Shown here in pieces: positions 9,557-21,251 of a stretch of DNA of 64,000 nt; position 1 is the stretch's first letter, and each line of letters opens with the position of its first letter. The stretch is from an uncultured delta proteobacterium (GTDB taxonomy: Bacteria > Myxococcota_A > Polyangia > Fen-1088), in assembly GCA_963796685.1 (NCBI GenBank), contig CAWCMR010000013.1, positions 288,001-352,000 on the forward strand, given 5' to 3'. The position numbers were made by a program, and so were the translations under genes. The notes beneath the pieces are model-generated. The model was not told where the DNA came from, did not search any database, and worked only from the letters and a program-made list of their open reading frames with translations.

Positions 9557-12012
9557 AGCGAAGGCTACCGGTTGTTTGCGCCCTTTGCCTCTTCGCTTTG
9601 TCGGCCGCGCCGCGTGCCGAGGACGACGAGCCCGCCGCGCCCACGCGCCTGCGCGCACCCGATCTCTCCACGACGGAAAAGGCCCCGGCGCGTATCGTCC
9701 TACCCAAGCTGAACGTCATTCGTATCCATTTCCGCGGCAATCGCAAGGTCGAGGACGATGCCCTGCGGGTCAATCTCAAGCTCAAGCCCGGCATGGTGCT
9801 CAGCAAGGAGATTCTCCAGGAGGACGTGCGCACCATTTGGCGCCTGGGCTACTTCGAAGATGTGCAGGTCGAAACCGCCGAGGCCGAGGGTGGTCTGGTG
9901 GTGACCTTCGTGCTCAAGGAAAAGCCGGCCATTCGCAAGATCTACATTTCGGGTCACGACGAGGTCGGTCTGACCAAGATCAACGAGGTGCTCGACCTCA
10001 AGAAGGAGCAGGTCCTCGACCTGGCCAAGGTCAAGAAGAACGTCGAGAAGATCCGCGAGTTGTACTTGCAGCGCGGGTTCTACATGGCCGAGGTGGACTA
10101 CGAGCTGCACCGTGACAGCCCGGGCGAGGTTGACGTGTACTTCCGCGTGCACGAGAACAGCAAGGTCGAGATCCGGCGGGTCAACTTCACCGGCAACAAG
10201 GCCGTCACCGACGCCGAGCTGCGCGGCGTGATGTTGACCCAGCCGGGCGACATCTTCTCGGCGCTGACCTCGTCGGGGACCTATCGCGAGGATGTCTTCC
10301 AGCGCGACATCATGCTCATCCAGAGCTACTACTTCGATCGTGGCTACATCAACGTGAAGGTCGGCGATCCGCGCATGGAGCTGTCGGCGGATCGCCATTC
10401 CATGTACATCACCGTGGCCATCGAGGAGGGACAACAGTTCCGCATCGGCAAGCTCGACGTCAAAGGCGAGCTGCTCGACAGCCGCGAGGCCTATCTGCGG
10501 CGCTTGCAAGCCAAGCCCGGCGACATCTTCAATCGCACCGAGGTCGCGCAGGATGTGCAGAACATCGCCGATCTGTACAAGGACAAGGGCTACGCCTACG
10601 TCAACTCGACGCCCGAAACCCGCGTCGACGACAAGCAGCGCCTCGTCGACCTCACCTTCGACATCCAGAAGGGGCCGCTGGTTACCTTCGAGCGCATCAA
10701 CATTCGCGGTAATACCAAGACGCGCGACAAGGTCATCCGGCGCGAGATGCGCATCTACGAGGGCGAGCAATACAGCCAGCACGGGCTCGACTATTCCAAG
10801 CGCCGGGTCAACGCCTTGGGATTCTTCGACAAGGTCGAGGTCACCACTAAGCGTGGCTCCAGCGACGACACCATGGACGTGAATGTCGAAGTGGGCGAGC
10901 GCCAGACCGGCGCCTTCCAAATCGGCGCCGGCTTTTCGTCCGTCGAGTCGTTCATCTTCCAGGCGCAGATCTCCCAGAACAACCTCCTGGGTCGCGGCAC
11001 GTCGGCCACGATACAAGCGCAGGTGTCGGGGTTGCGGCAGCTCTACATGTTCCAGTACGAAGATCCCTATTTCTTCGACACCAACTGGACCTTCGGCTTC
11101 AACCTGTTCAACCAGCAGACCTATTACCTCAACTTCGACCGCAAGTCGACCGGCGGCAGCCTAACCTGGGGCTACATGCTGACCGACACCATTCGCACCT
11201 ACCTGACCTACACCTTGCAGGACGTTGGAGTCGCCACGGGAGGCCGCAGCAACCTTTTCACCGGAGGCCAACGCAGCCCCCTGCCGTCCGGCTCGCTGGC
11301 CAACCTTCTTCACTCGGGCATCATTTCTTCGACGCGCGTTTCCCTGGCGCACGACACGCGCGACGATCGCATGTTTCCGCACAGCGGCTGGTACAACACG
11401 GCGTCCGCGGAATTCGCCGAGCCGGCCTTTCTTTCCCAAAGCCAGTTCACCCGCTACGAGGGGGCGCTTCGCTATTACTACCCCCTGCCGGCGGGGATGA
11501 CCTTGCGCCTCAAGGCCGAGGCAGGGCTCATCACCAGTCGCGATCCCCAGGGCGTGCCCATCTTCGAGCGCTACTTCGTGGGAGGTATCTACGATATCCG
11601 CGGGTTTGCCCTGTACTCCCTTGGCCCCAAGATTCTCGTGCCCAACGCGCAAGATCCGGATTCTCCCCTCCAGATGTTCTCCATTGGCGGAAACCTGCGC
11701 ACCCTCGCCAAGGCGGAGGTCGAGATACCGATTTTCGAGAAGATGGGGATCCGTGGCGTGGTTTTTACCGACCTCGGCAATGCCTACAACCTGGAAGCGC
11801 AATACTGCCGGCTCAAGCCCGCATGGGCGGACGTGTCGGTGGATCCGTGCGTGAAGCTGTTCCCGCTCACCAGCCTCCGCAGCAGCTGGGGCTTCGGCTT
11901 CCGCTGGTTCTCACCCATCGGTCCTCTGCGTTTCGAGTGGGGTTTGCCGTTCCACACCCTGCCGGGTGAGGACAGTATTGTCTTCGAGTTCACCATCGGC
12001 AACGAGCTGTAA
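9553..12012 (+). CDS. bamA: outer membrane protein assembly factor BamA
   Basis: POTRA repeats ([13 protein letters not shown]), IRGF loop motif, [10 protein letters not shown] barrel end. Confidence 0.96.
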   Translation: MKRRLPVVCALCLFALSAAPRAEDDEPAAPTRLRAPDLSTTEKAPARIVLPKLNVIRIHFRGNRKVEDDALRVNLKLKPGMVLSKEILQEDVRTIWRLGYFEDVQVETAEAEGGLVVTFVLKEKPAIRKIYISGHDEVGLTKINEVLDLKKEQVLDLAKVKKNVEKIRELYLQRGFYMAEVDYELHRDSPGEVDVYFRVHENSKVEIRRVNFTGNKAVTDAELRGVMLTQPGDIFSALTSSGTYREDVFQRDIMLIQSYYFDRGYINVKVGDPRMELSADRHSMYITVAIEEGQQFRIGKLDVKGELLDSREAYLRRLQAKPGDIFNRTEVAQDVQNIADLYKDKGYAYVNSTPETRVDDKQRLVDLTFDIQKGPLVTFERINIRGNTKTRDKVIRREMRIYEGEQYSQHGLDYSKRRVNALGFFDKVEVTTKRGSSDDTMDVNVEVGERQTGAFQIGAGFSSVESFIFQAQISQNNLLGRGTSATIQAQVSGLRQLYMFQYEDPYFFDTNWTFGFNLFNQQTYYLNFDRKSTGGSLTWGYMLTDTIRTYLTYTLQDVGVATGGRSNLFTGGQRSPLPSGSLANLLHSGIISSTRVSLAHDTRDDRMFPHSGWYNTASAEFAEPAFLSQSQFTRYEGALRYYYPLPAGMTLRLKAEAGLITSRDPQGVPIFERYFVGGIYDIRGFALYSLGPKILVPNAQDPDSPLQMFSIGGNLRTLAKAEVEIPIFEKMGIRGVVFTDLGNAYNLEAQYCRLKPAWADVSVDPCVKLFPLTSLRSSWGFGFRWFSPIGPLRFEWGLPFHTLPGEDSIVFEFTIGNEL

Positions 12013-12061
12013 CCTGAAGGTGCCGGTGGGGCACGGAGGCGACGACGGCCGACGATTGACT

Positions 12062-12083
12062 GCGGAACCCTGAAGGGTTCCGC
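12062..12083. repeat. REP-like perfect hairpin
   Basis: GCGGAACCC-TGAA-GGGTTCCGC. Confidence 0.6.
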
Positions 12084-12137
12084 TCCTCCCGCGATGTGGG
12101 CTTCGGCGAGCAAAGCCCGCCTGCGCCCACGCGTATT

Positions 12138-12637
12138 GGGCCGCTGGCGGCGTCGGGCCTGCGCTTCCGGTCCTCAAGTACATGAGTACATTCCGGGCCG
12201 GTTCTCGGCCCTCCTTGCCAGCGGCCCGGCTTGTCGGCCGGATGCTAAGGGACGCCTGAGATTTCCGGCGCGGGGCTACGGTCCGGCGGCTCTCACTCTC
12301 AGGTCCATGGGTACATTCCGGTCCGGCGACGCGCGCGGCGTAGTCGCGGGGAGGGGGGCAGGGTGGGCAGGAGCTAGTCGGCCCTCGTTGCCAGCGGCTC
12401 GGCTTGTCGGCCGCATGCTAAGGGACATTCGGTGCCAGGTGGCGGATTTTCGGTGAGTTTGTCTTCGGCCGGGCAAGTGTTGGGACCTGGCGGCGTCGGG
12501 GCTGCGCATCCAGGCCACACCACGCGGTCTGCTGACCGCGTGGTGGCCCGGCGGTCCTCAAGTACATGGGTACATTCCGGTCCGGCGACGCGCGCGGCGC
12601 AGCCGCGGGTGGAGGAGGCAGGGTGGGCAGGCGCTAG
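12138..12637. repeat. mosaic of rearranged structured repeats (three partial copies; MITE/REP-like)
   Basis: 35-bp exact duplication 12306-12340 = 12565-12599; 46/49 duplication 12205-12253 vs 12378-12426; 23/25 duplication 12144-12168 vs 12487-12511; 11-bp inverted repeat 12138-12148 / 12217-12227. Confidence 0.85.
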
Positions 12638-12789
12638 GGGATGTCCCTGTTAGGGGTAAGCGACCGCGAGCCCCCTCGTGGAGAGATTGCTTCAACCTGT
12701 TTGGATGTCTCGATGGTGCGAGATGTCTAGCAGGCGAAGCCGGCGGGTCGCCGAGTCGAGCGACCTCAAAGGACAGCCCTACCCCCTAG
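12634..12789. other. long structured element (MITE-like or ncRNA)
   Basis: Ends CTAGGGGATGTCC / GGACAGCCCTACCCCCTAG; internal long stem CCTGTTTGGATGTCTCG / CGAGATGTCTAGCAGG. Confidence 0.45.
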
Positions 12790-12880
12790 TCTAGGGGCAC
12801 GAGTGCCCGCTTGGCGAACGATGCACCCAACCCGCGAACGACGTTGCCTTTCGGCGCTTGTGCGTGATAGGGCGAAGGGC

Positions 12881-13735
12881 ATGGCAGCCAAGATCATTGA
12901 TGGCAAGGCGCTGGCGGCGCGGCTTCGCGGCGTCATGGCGGACGAGGTGAAACAGCTGGTGGCGCGTTCGGTGCGTCCAGGCCTGGCCGTGGTGCTGGTC
13001 GGCGAAGATCCGGCATCGCAAATCTACGTGCGCAACAAGACCAAGGCGCTGGCCGAGGCCGGGTTCGCCTGCTTCGACCACCATCTGCCGACGGACACCG
13101 CCGAGGACAAGCTCTTGGGACTGGTCCGCGATCTCAACGCGGATCGCGCGGTGGATGGCATCCTGGTCCAGCTACCCTTGCCCAAGCACATCGACAGCAA
13201 GCGCGTGCTGCTGGCCATCGACCCGGCCAAGGACGTGGACGGCTTTCACCCCGAGAATCTCGGCCGCTTGCTCATCGGTGAGCCACGCTTCATCGCGTGC
13301 ACCCCGTACGGCATCATGAAGCTCATCGAGGAGGCGGGGACGCAGGTGCGCGGCGCCAGCGCGGTGGTCGTCGGCCGCTCGAACATCGTGGGCAAACCCG
13401 TGGCCGTGTTGCTGACCAGCGCGGACGCCACCGTGACCATCTGCCACTCGAAGACCAGGGATCTGCCCGCCGTGATCGGTGGCGCGGACATTCTGGTGGC
13501 TGCCATCGGCCGCCCCGAGATGATCCGCGGTTCGTGGATCAAACCCGGCGCCACGGTCATCGACGTGGGAACGAATCGTTTGCCGAACGGCAAGTTGGTG
13601 GGCGACGTGGAATTTTCCGGCGCGGTCGAGCGAGCGGCGGCAATCACGCCCGTTCCAGGAGGCGTGGGCCCCATGACCATCACCATGCTCCTCGCCAACA
13701 CGCTCGAATCCGCGCGCCGCCGTGCCGGGGAATAG
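12881..13735 (+). CDS. folD: methylenetetrahydrofolate dehydrogenase/cyclohydrolase
   Basis: [44 protein letters not shown]. Confidence 0.97.
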   Translation: MAAKIIDGKALAARLRGVMADEVKQLVARSVRPGLAVVLVGEDPASQIYVRNKTKALAEAGFACFDHHLPTDTAEDKLLGLVRDLNADRAVDGILVQLPLPKHIDSKRVLLAIDPAKDVDGFHPENLGRLLIGEPRFIACTPYGIMKLIEEAGTQVRGASAVVVGRSNIVGKPVAVLLTSADATVTICHSKTRDLPAVIGGADILVAAIGRPEMIRGSWIKPGATVIDVGTNRLPNGKLVGDVEFSGAVERAAAITPVPGGVGPMTITMLLANTLESARRRAGE

Positions 13736-13748
13736 AAAGTACGGGGGA

Positions 13749-14763
13749 TCACAGTCGCCGCAAGGCCGAGGCCGCTGCTTCGGCCACCTGCGGGTTTGCA
13801 TCGTCCCGCAGGCGCTCGAGAAGCTCGCGCGATTCCCGGACTTGATGTCTGTTCATGGACAGGCATGCGTTCCTGCGCAAGCCGTGGTAGCCGATGCGCC
13901 GCATGGGCGTGCCCACCGCGAGCGCATCGTAGTCGGCCTCGGACAAGGCGGCGATCTGTGCGGCGGTCAGGTGGCCAAGTGGGCGAGGGGCCTGGCGTGG
14001 GTCTGCGGGCGGGAATTCTCCGCGGTTGAAAGGGCAAGCCTCTTGGCAGATATCGCAACCGAAAACGCGACCGTGTAGCCGATCGCGCACCTCCGTGGGC
14101 GGCATCGTGTGGTTTTCGACGGTGTGATAGGCAAGACAGCGGCGCGAATCCACGACGCCTGGAGAGGGAAAGGCCTTGGTTGGGCACGCATGCAAACACT
14201 TTTCGCAGGTTCCGCACAGGCGTGGATGGGGCTGGTCGTACACGTCCACGGCACGGGCTAGAATCATGAGACTCAGGGTGAACCACGAGCCGTATTCGCG
14301 GTTGATGACCAGCCCGTTCTTGCCGATGAATCCCACTCCCGCGCGCTCGGCCCATACCTTTTCCATGGCCGCTCCCGAGTCCACGCAGGCGTAGGTGCGT
14401 AGGCCGGGCGCGAGCACCAGCAGGCGATGGCGGAGGGCACGCATGCGATCCCGGTGGGCGTAGTGGTAGTCGCGTCCCCGGGCGTAGCGCGCGATGGTGT
14501 TAGGCTGGACGTCTTTCGATTCACCAGGTCCGTAGGGGATGCCGAGCACCAGCACGGTCTTCGCATGGGGCACGATGGCCCGCGGATCGAGCCGCTCTTC
14601 GCTTCGCTTGTACATGGACGCCTGATCGGCCGCGTAGCCGCGCGCGAGCCATTCTCGCAGCGGTCGTGGGTCCAGAGGCTCGGCTGGCGTCATGCCCACC
14701 AGGGGAAACTGGCACGCGTGCGCGGCCTCCCGAACCGCCTGGGCCGAGAGGATCGTGGTGGCG

Positions 14764-14780
<17 letters not shown>
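13749..14780 (-). CDS. queG: tRNA epoxyqueuosine(34) reductase
   Basis: IARYARGRDYH, AERAGVGFIGKN, CGTCEKCLHACP, FGCDICQEACPFN. The start (TTG 14780) is approximate. Confidence 0.93.
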
Positions 14781-16663
<1,883 letters not shown>

Positions 16664-16742
16664 GGAGAGAGAGCGCAGAGGGGAGGGAGGGCACGGAGAA
16701 AGCTCCTTGCCACGCACGACCCTCCTTCCTGTCGCGACTTTC

Positions 16743-16777
16743 AAAGAGGGCCTTGGAGAAATCCGGGGCCCTTTTTC
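16743..16777 (+). terminator. intrinsic terminator after gap
   Basis: GAGGGCCTTGGA-GAAA-TCCGGGGCCC followed by TTTTT. Confidence 0.7.
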
Positions 16778-16873
16778 GTTGCCATCGCCGCCAAGGGTGC
16801 GTCGCGTCTGTCGCGGGCGCCCGCTGCACCTGGCCCTTGATCCTCGACGGGGCTTAGCGCAATCTCATGCATC

Positions 16874-18340
16874 ATGATGCGATTACTGAGGGTTGCAGCA
16901 ACCCTGCTCGTGGGGGTAACCGGCTTTGCCGCAACAGCGACGAGGACGGCCTCCGCGCAAGAGCAGGCCGCAACCGATCCCGCGCTTCAAGAGGCCAAGG
17001 CAGCTTTCGAGGAAGCCCAGACGCTCTACACCAAGGAGCAATTCGAGGATGCCGCCAGCAAGTTCATGGTGGCTTTCGACAAGAAACCCTTCAGCTCGTT
17101 CCTTTTCAACGCCGCGGTGGCGTACGAGAAGGCCCTGCAATACCAGAAGGCTGTCGATGCCTTTCAAAGGTACCTAGAGCTCGATCCGCAGGCGCGCGAC
17201 GCCGCCGACGTCAAGGCGCGGATTGAAAGCCTGAAGTCCATGCTGGCGACCCGCGCGGCGGGCGGCGAGGCTGTGCCTGAAAAGGCTGCGGCGGAGGTCC
17301 TGCCGGCGATCGCGACCAAGGGTCTGGTCATCATCGAGTCCAAGCCCCAGGGGGCAAGCATCTATTTGGGCGACAAATCCAAGGGCGTGTTCGCCACGAC
17401 GCCGTGGCAGGGCTCGCTCGAGCCCAAACCGACCAAGGTGCTGATCGAAGCCAAGGGCTTCAAACCCGAGGAGCGCGAGATCAACCCGCGCACGGACAAG
17501 ATCGTGGAGCTCTATATCTCCCTGTCCGAACAGCATTTCTTGGGCTGGATCGAGGTGATTTCCAACGTACCGGGCGCCGAGGTGTTCATCGATCGCCAGG
17601 ATATCGGCGCCATCGGCAGGACTCCCTACACGGGCCATCTCAAGCCGGGCAAGCACAAGCTGTGGGTGGAGAAGACCGGGTACGAGGTTGCGACGAAGGA
17701 CATCGATGTGGAGCCCGGCACGGCGACCACGCACACGGTGAATCTGGCTCTCGTGAGCTACGGCACCTTGAGGGCCGGCAGCAAGGGGACCGAGGGTGGC
17801 AAGCTCTTCGTCGACGGCGCGCAGGTCTGTGTGTTGCCCTGCGAGCAACAGCTCAAGCCCGGTGAGCACGTGCTCAAGGTGGAAAAGGAAGGGATGGAGA
17901 ATTACGACGGAAGGCTCACCGTCAACCGCGCCGACGCGACCTACATGGATCTCAACTACTCGCCCAAGCCGTCGCGAGCGAAAGCCTGGACGGAGGCAGT
18001 CTTTTCCGCCGCCCTGTTCGGGGGTGGCATCTTCCTCGGCGTGAAGGGGAATCAGGTGAAGGACGAGATCAACAAGGACATCCAAGATACCTCGAAGCTC
18101 GTCAACACCAGCGATACGCGCAAGAACACCGGAAAATACTACTACATCGGCGCCGACGTCTGCCTGGGACTGGGTCTGGTCACCGCCGTGCTCGCCACCT
18201 GGAACTTCCTGGAATCGGGCCCTCCGAGCACCGCTACCATCAAGACCACGAACGTCGCCAGCCCGACGGGTGGCAAGTTCGGGTTCGCACCCATGGAGGT
18301 CCCCAATGGGGCGGGCCTGGCCGCGACGGGGAGCTTCTGA
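16874..18340 (+). CDS. TPR + PEGA-repeat secreted protein with C-terminal hydrophobic hairpin
   Basis: Signal peptide; N-terminal TPR helices; SKPQGASIYL and SNVPGAEVFID..GRTP PEGA motifs. Confidence 0.85.
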   Translation: MMRLLRVAATLLVGVTGFAATATRTASAQEQAATDPALQEAKAAFEEAQTLYTKEQFEDAASKFMVAFDKKPFSSFLFNAAVAYEKALQYQKAVDAFQRYLELDPQARDAADVKARIESLKSMLATRAAGGEAVPEKAAAEVLPAIATKGLVIIESKPQGASIYLGDKSKGVFATTPWQGSLEPKPTKVLIEAKGFKPEEREINPRTDKIVELYISLSEQHFLGWIEVISNVPGAEVFIDRQDIGAIGRTPYTGHLKPGKHKLWVEKTGYEVATKDIDVEPGTATTHTVNLALVSYGTLRAGSKGTEGGKLFVDGAQVCVLPCEQQLKPGEHVLKVEKEGMENYDGRLTVNRADATYMDLNYSPKPSRAKAWTEAVFSAALFGGGIFLGVKGNQVKDEINKDIQDTSKLVNTSDTRKNTGKYYYIGADVCLGLGLVTAVLATWNFLESGPPSTATIKTTNVASPTGGKFGFAPMEVPNGAGLAATGSF

Positions 18341-18341
18341 C

Positions 18342-19703
18342 ATGCGCTTCACCACGGTGATTCTCCTCGCCACCTTCGCGGGTGCCGATCTCACGGGATG
18401 CAATCCCAGCGACTTCAACACCGTCCTCGACAAGGCGCCGGTCTTGGACCTCGGCACGCCTGGCTCCAGTACCGGGTCGCTTTTCGTCCTGCCTATGCCG
18501 GCGCCGGCGCCGGCCACCATGGTCGCGGCGCGCATGTTGATCTCGCGCAGGGACGGCAACTACCTGGCTTTGGCGGATTACGACATGAAAGGCAAGGCCA
18601 CGCTGGTCGAGGCCAAAGACGTCGAGGCTGCTCTTGGCTACCCGGTCAACAGCTCGGCCTTGGGTGCCGATGGACAGCATGTCATCTTGGGTACGCCAAA
18701 GTATGCCGGGGGAGCGTCCCCGACCGGCCGGGTGAGCATTCTGACCATCGGCAGCAAGCCTGATGGCACGCCAGCCTTCGGGCTCGCAAACGGCAACCCG
18801 GGCGATAGTCGGTTGGGGATTTCGGTCGCGACGGGCAACATCACGGGGCCGCTCTCGGAGGACTTCGTCGCCGTGAGCGACAACTCCGTCCAGCTGCTCG
18901 GTACCGACCCGGCGGCGCCAATCGCCACCTCGCCCCCCTCTTGTCTGGCCCTTCAACTGGGCAGCGCGACGGATTTCTATGCCTTCCGGCCCGTGGCGGT
19001 GGCGGATATGCTGTCTCCCACCCCCGGGGCGGCAGGTACCTACGACGAGATCGTGCTCGGCGGGCAGGGCCGGGTCCTGTTTATCCAGTTCGATGGAACG
19101 GCCGTTCTCCCGTGCCCGACCAAGGTGCTGGTGCCTTCGTTGGGGGCGGACAGCAATTTCGGCACCTCGTTGGCCGTCGGTGATTTCGACGGCGACGGGC
19201 ACATGGACCTTGCAGTCGGGGATCCGCCGAGCAACGTCTACGTCTACTTCGGTCCACTCGATGCTCGCGTGGATCCGCTCGCCGCCCCGACCGGCTACGA
19301 TGTGGACATCTTCACGTCGACGACCACGTCATTCGGGAAGAATATCGCCACCTACCACCTTCCGGGTCAAGCGAAGGCGCAACTGTTGGTGGCGGATCCG
19401 ACCGCAGCTTCACCGGGAGGTGTCGGGCAGGTGATGCTCTTCGACGTCCTGCGAGGTGCGGCCCCATATTCCATTCCCAGCACGGCTGCGCTTGCGATGC
19501 TGTTCGATTCCAACAAGGACTCGGATCCCGGCCTGCTCGGTCTCAACCTGGGCGGCTTGGAGTTCAACACGAGCCTTTGCAGCCCCACCGGCACGACCCA
19601 GCTCGTGCCCTGGGCGTCGCTTGGTCCCGACATCCTGACCTTCTTCGCGTACAAGTACAGCGGCGTAGCCCCTCCGGCGGACCCACGCTGCTTCGCGAAG
19701 TAG
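18342..19703 (+). CDS. FG-GAP/VCBS-repeat lipoprotein
   Basis: Lipobox LTG-C; FGTSLAVGDFDGDGHMDLAVG; starts 1 nt after the upstream stop. Confidence 0.8.
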   Translation: MRFTTVILLATFAGADLTGCNPSDFNTVLDKAPVLDLGTPGSSTGSLFVLPMPAPAPATMVAARMLISRRDGNYLALADYDMKGKATLVEAKDVEAALGYPVNSSALGADGQHVILGTPKYAGGASPTGRVSILTIGSKPDGTPAFGLANGNPGDSRLGISVATGNITGPLSEDFVAVSDNSVQLLGTDPAAPIATSPPSCLALQLGSATDFYAFRPVAVADMLSPTPGAAGTYDEIVLGGQGRVLFIQFDGTAVLPCPTKVLVPSLGADSNFGTSLAVGDFDGDGHMDLAVGDPPSNVYVYFGPLDARVDPLAAPTGYDVDIFTSTTTSFGKNIATYHLPGQAKAQLLVADPTAASPGGVGQVMLFDVLRGAAPYSIPSTAALAMLFDSNKDSDPGLLGLNLGGLEFNTSLCSPTGTTQLVPWASLGPDILTFFAYKYSGVAPPADPRCFAK

Positions 19704-19716
19704 TCGCAAGCTGCGG

Positions 19717-20739
19717 CTAATCGCCGTGAACAGCTCGCACCAGTGCCTCGACGCTCGCGATGGGCGTTTCGGGGTAGATGCCGTGTCCCAGGTTGAAGAT
19801 GTGTCCCTTGCCACCGCCCTCGCCAAGAATCTTGGCGACCTGGCGGCGCAATCGCTCCTCGGGACCGAGCAGAAGCGCGGGGTCCAGATTTCCCTGCACG
19901 GCGAACGGCCCGGAGGCTCCCGCCTGCAGCCGTGCGCGCGCCTGGCCCAGGGGTAGACGCCAGTCGATGCTGTAGACATCGGCGCCGACCTGGGCGATGC
20001 GATCCAGAAGCGTCGTGGCCCCGTTGGGGAAGTAGATGACCGGAACCCCGGTGGCCTTGATGGCCGCGACCAGCGCCTGGGTGGGGCCGCACACGAACTC
20101 GTCCCACTCCTCGGGCGAAACCACCCCGATCCAGGAATCGAAGATCTGAATCGCCTGCGCGCCGGCCGCGACCTGGGCCAGCAGATACGAACGGGTGGCC
20201 GACTCGATGGTCGCCAGCAGGCGATGGGCCGTCTCGGGCTCGCGCTGAAAGAGCTTCTTGGTCTCGATGAAGTGCTTGCCGGTCTTGCCCTCGATGGCGT
20301 AGGTGGCCGTGGTGAACGGCGCTCCGGCAAAGCCGATGAGGGGGGTGTCGCCAAGCTTGTCCTTGAGCAAGCGGATGGTTTCGAACACGAAAGCGGTGCT
20401 CTCCCACGGATCGAATACCCGCACACGAGCCAGATCCGCGGCACCGCGAATCGGAGCGGGGAGGGTGGGACCGAGCTCGGTGAAGACGACTTCGAGCCCC
20501 ATGGCTTCGAGGGGAACGAGCAGGTCCGAAAAGAGGATGGCAGCGTCGAACCCGAAGCGACGGATCGGTTGCAAGGTGACTTCCGTGGCCAGGTCCGGCG
20601 TCTTGCACAGTTCCAGGAAGGTCACATGGCTGCGAATGTCGCGGTACTCGGGCAGGTATCGACCGGCCTGGCGCATGAGCCAAAGCGGTGGTCGAGCAGT
20701 CGATTGGCCACGGCACGCTGCAAGGAAGAGCGATTCCAT
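19717..20739 (-). CDS. hemE: uroporphyrinogen decarboxylase
   Basis: WLMRQAGRYLPEY, DAAILFSDLL, IFNLGHGI. Confidence 0.97.
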   Translation of the reverse strand: MESLFLAACRGQSTARPPLWLMRQAGRYLPEYRDIRSHVTFLELCKTPDLATEVTLQPIRRFGFDAAILFSDLLVPLEAMGLEVVFTELGPTLPAPIRGAADLARVRVFDPWESTAFVFETIRLLKDKLGDTPLIGFAGAPFTTATYAIEGKTGKHFIETKKLFQREPETAHRLLATIESATRSYLLAQVAAGAQAIQIFDSWIGVVSPEEWDEFVCGPTQALVAAIKATGVPVIYFPNGATTLLDRIAQVGADVYSIDWRLPLGQARARLQAGASGPFAVQGNLDPALLLGPEERLRRQVAKILGEGGGKGHIFNLGHGIYPETPIASVEALVRAVHGD

Positions 20740-20772
20740 GCAGCTTTCTACCTCAGCCCGAACGCATGTCGA

Positions 20773-20794
20773 CTTCCTTCCCCGGGGAAGGAAG
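20773..20794. repeat. perfect spacer-less 22-bp palindrome
   Basis: CTTCCTTCCCC|GGGGAAGGAAG. Confidence 0.9.
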
Positions 20795-20841
20795 AATAAG
20801 TTGAAGTGAAACTTGAGACAAGTGTGCCTTGGCCCCGAGTA

Positions 20842-21168
20842 TTACGGGGCCGCCGGCTTGCCGCACACCGAGCAACGGTTGTCCTCGCCAATCACGCCAA
20901 TACAGGCCTCGTCACCGCAGAGGCGTCGGTTCGGGTCGAATCCGGAGGCCGCATTCTCCTCGGCAGGGACTTCGTTGGCTTCGATAAGGGGTTCCTCGGA
21001 CGTGTCGCCAGCGGGTGCGGTCGAGGATGTCGACGCGCTGGCGACGGCATCGCTCGTTCCGCAAATCGTGCACTTGCCGTCGTCACCGATGATGCCCACG
21101 CAACTGCCATCGGGACAGAGCCGGCGTCGCGGGTTGAAGGTCGAATTGTCGTCGTTTTCCGATGCCAT
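20842..21168 (-). CDS. small protein with two Cx4Cx9Cx2C modules (putative metal-binding)
   Basis: RRLCPDGSCVGIIGDDGKCTICG and RRLCGDEACIGVIGEDNRCSVCG; SD GAGG. Confidence 0.8.
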   Translation of the reverse strand: MASENDDNSTFNPRRRLCPDGSCVGIIGDDGKCTICGTSDAVASASTSSTAPAGDTSEEPLIEANEVPAEENAASGFDPNRRLCGDEACIGVIGEDNRCSVCGKPAAP

Positions 21169-21251
21169 GCTTTAGGGACCTCTTGAGGCCAAGGTTGGGT
21201 CGCTGTTCGTGTCCGTGCCCTCGAATCGTCATGATCGCATCGCGGGCCGAG

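Noticed and set aside
12138-12637. CRISPR array
   Set aside because: The repeats are long, shuffled and irregularly spaced, the intervening parts are themselves repeated, and no cas genes are present.
12634-12880. ZMP/ZTP or THF riboswitch, or 6S RNA, upstream of folD
   Set aside because: The context is suggestive, but I could not find the ZTP core (GACUGGCG...CGCCUGGG) or the THF consensus, and the usual zapA/5-FTHF cyclo-ligase context of 6S RNA is absent. An Rfam scan is needed.
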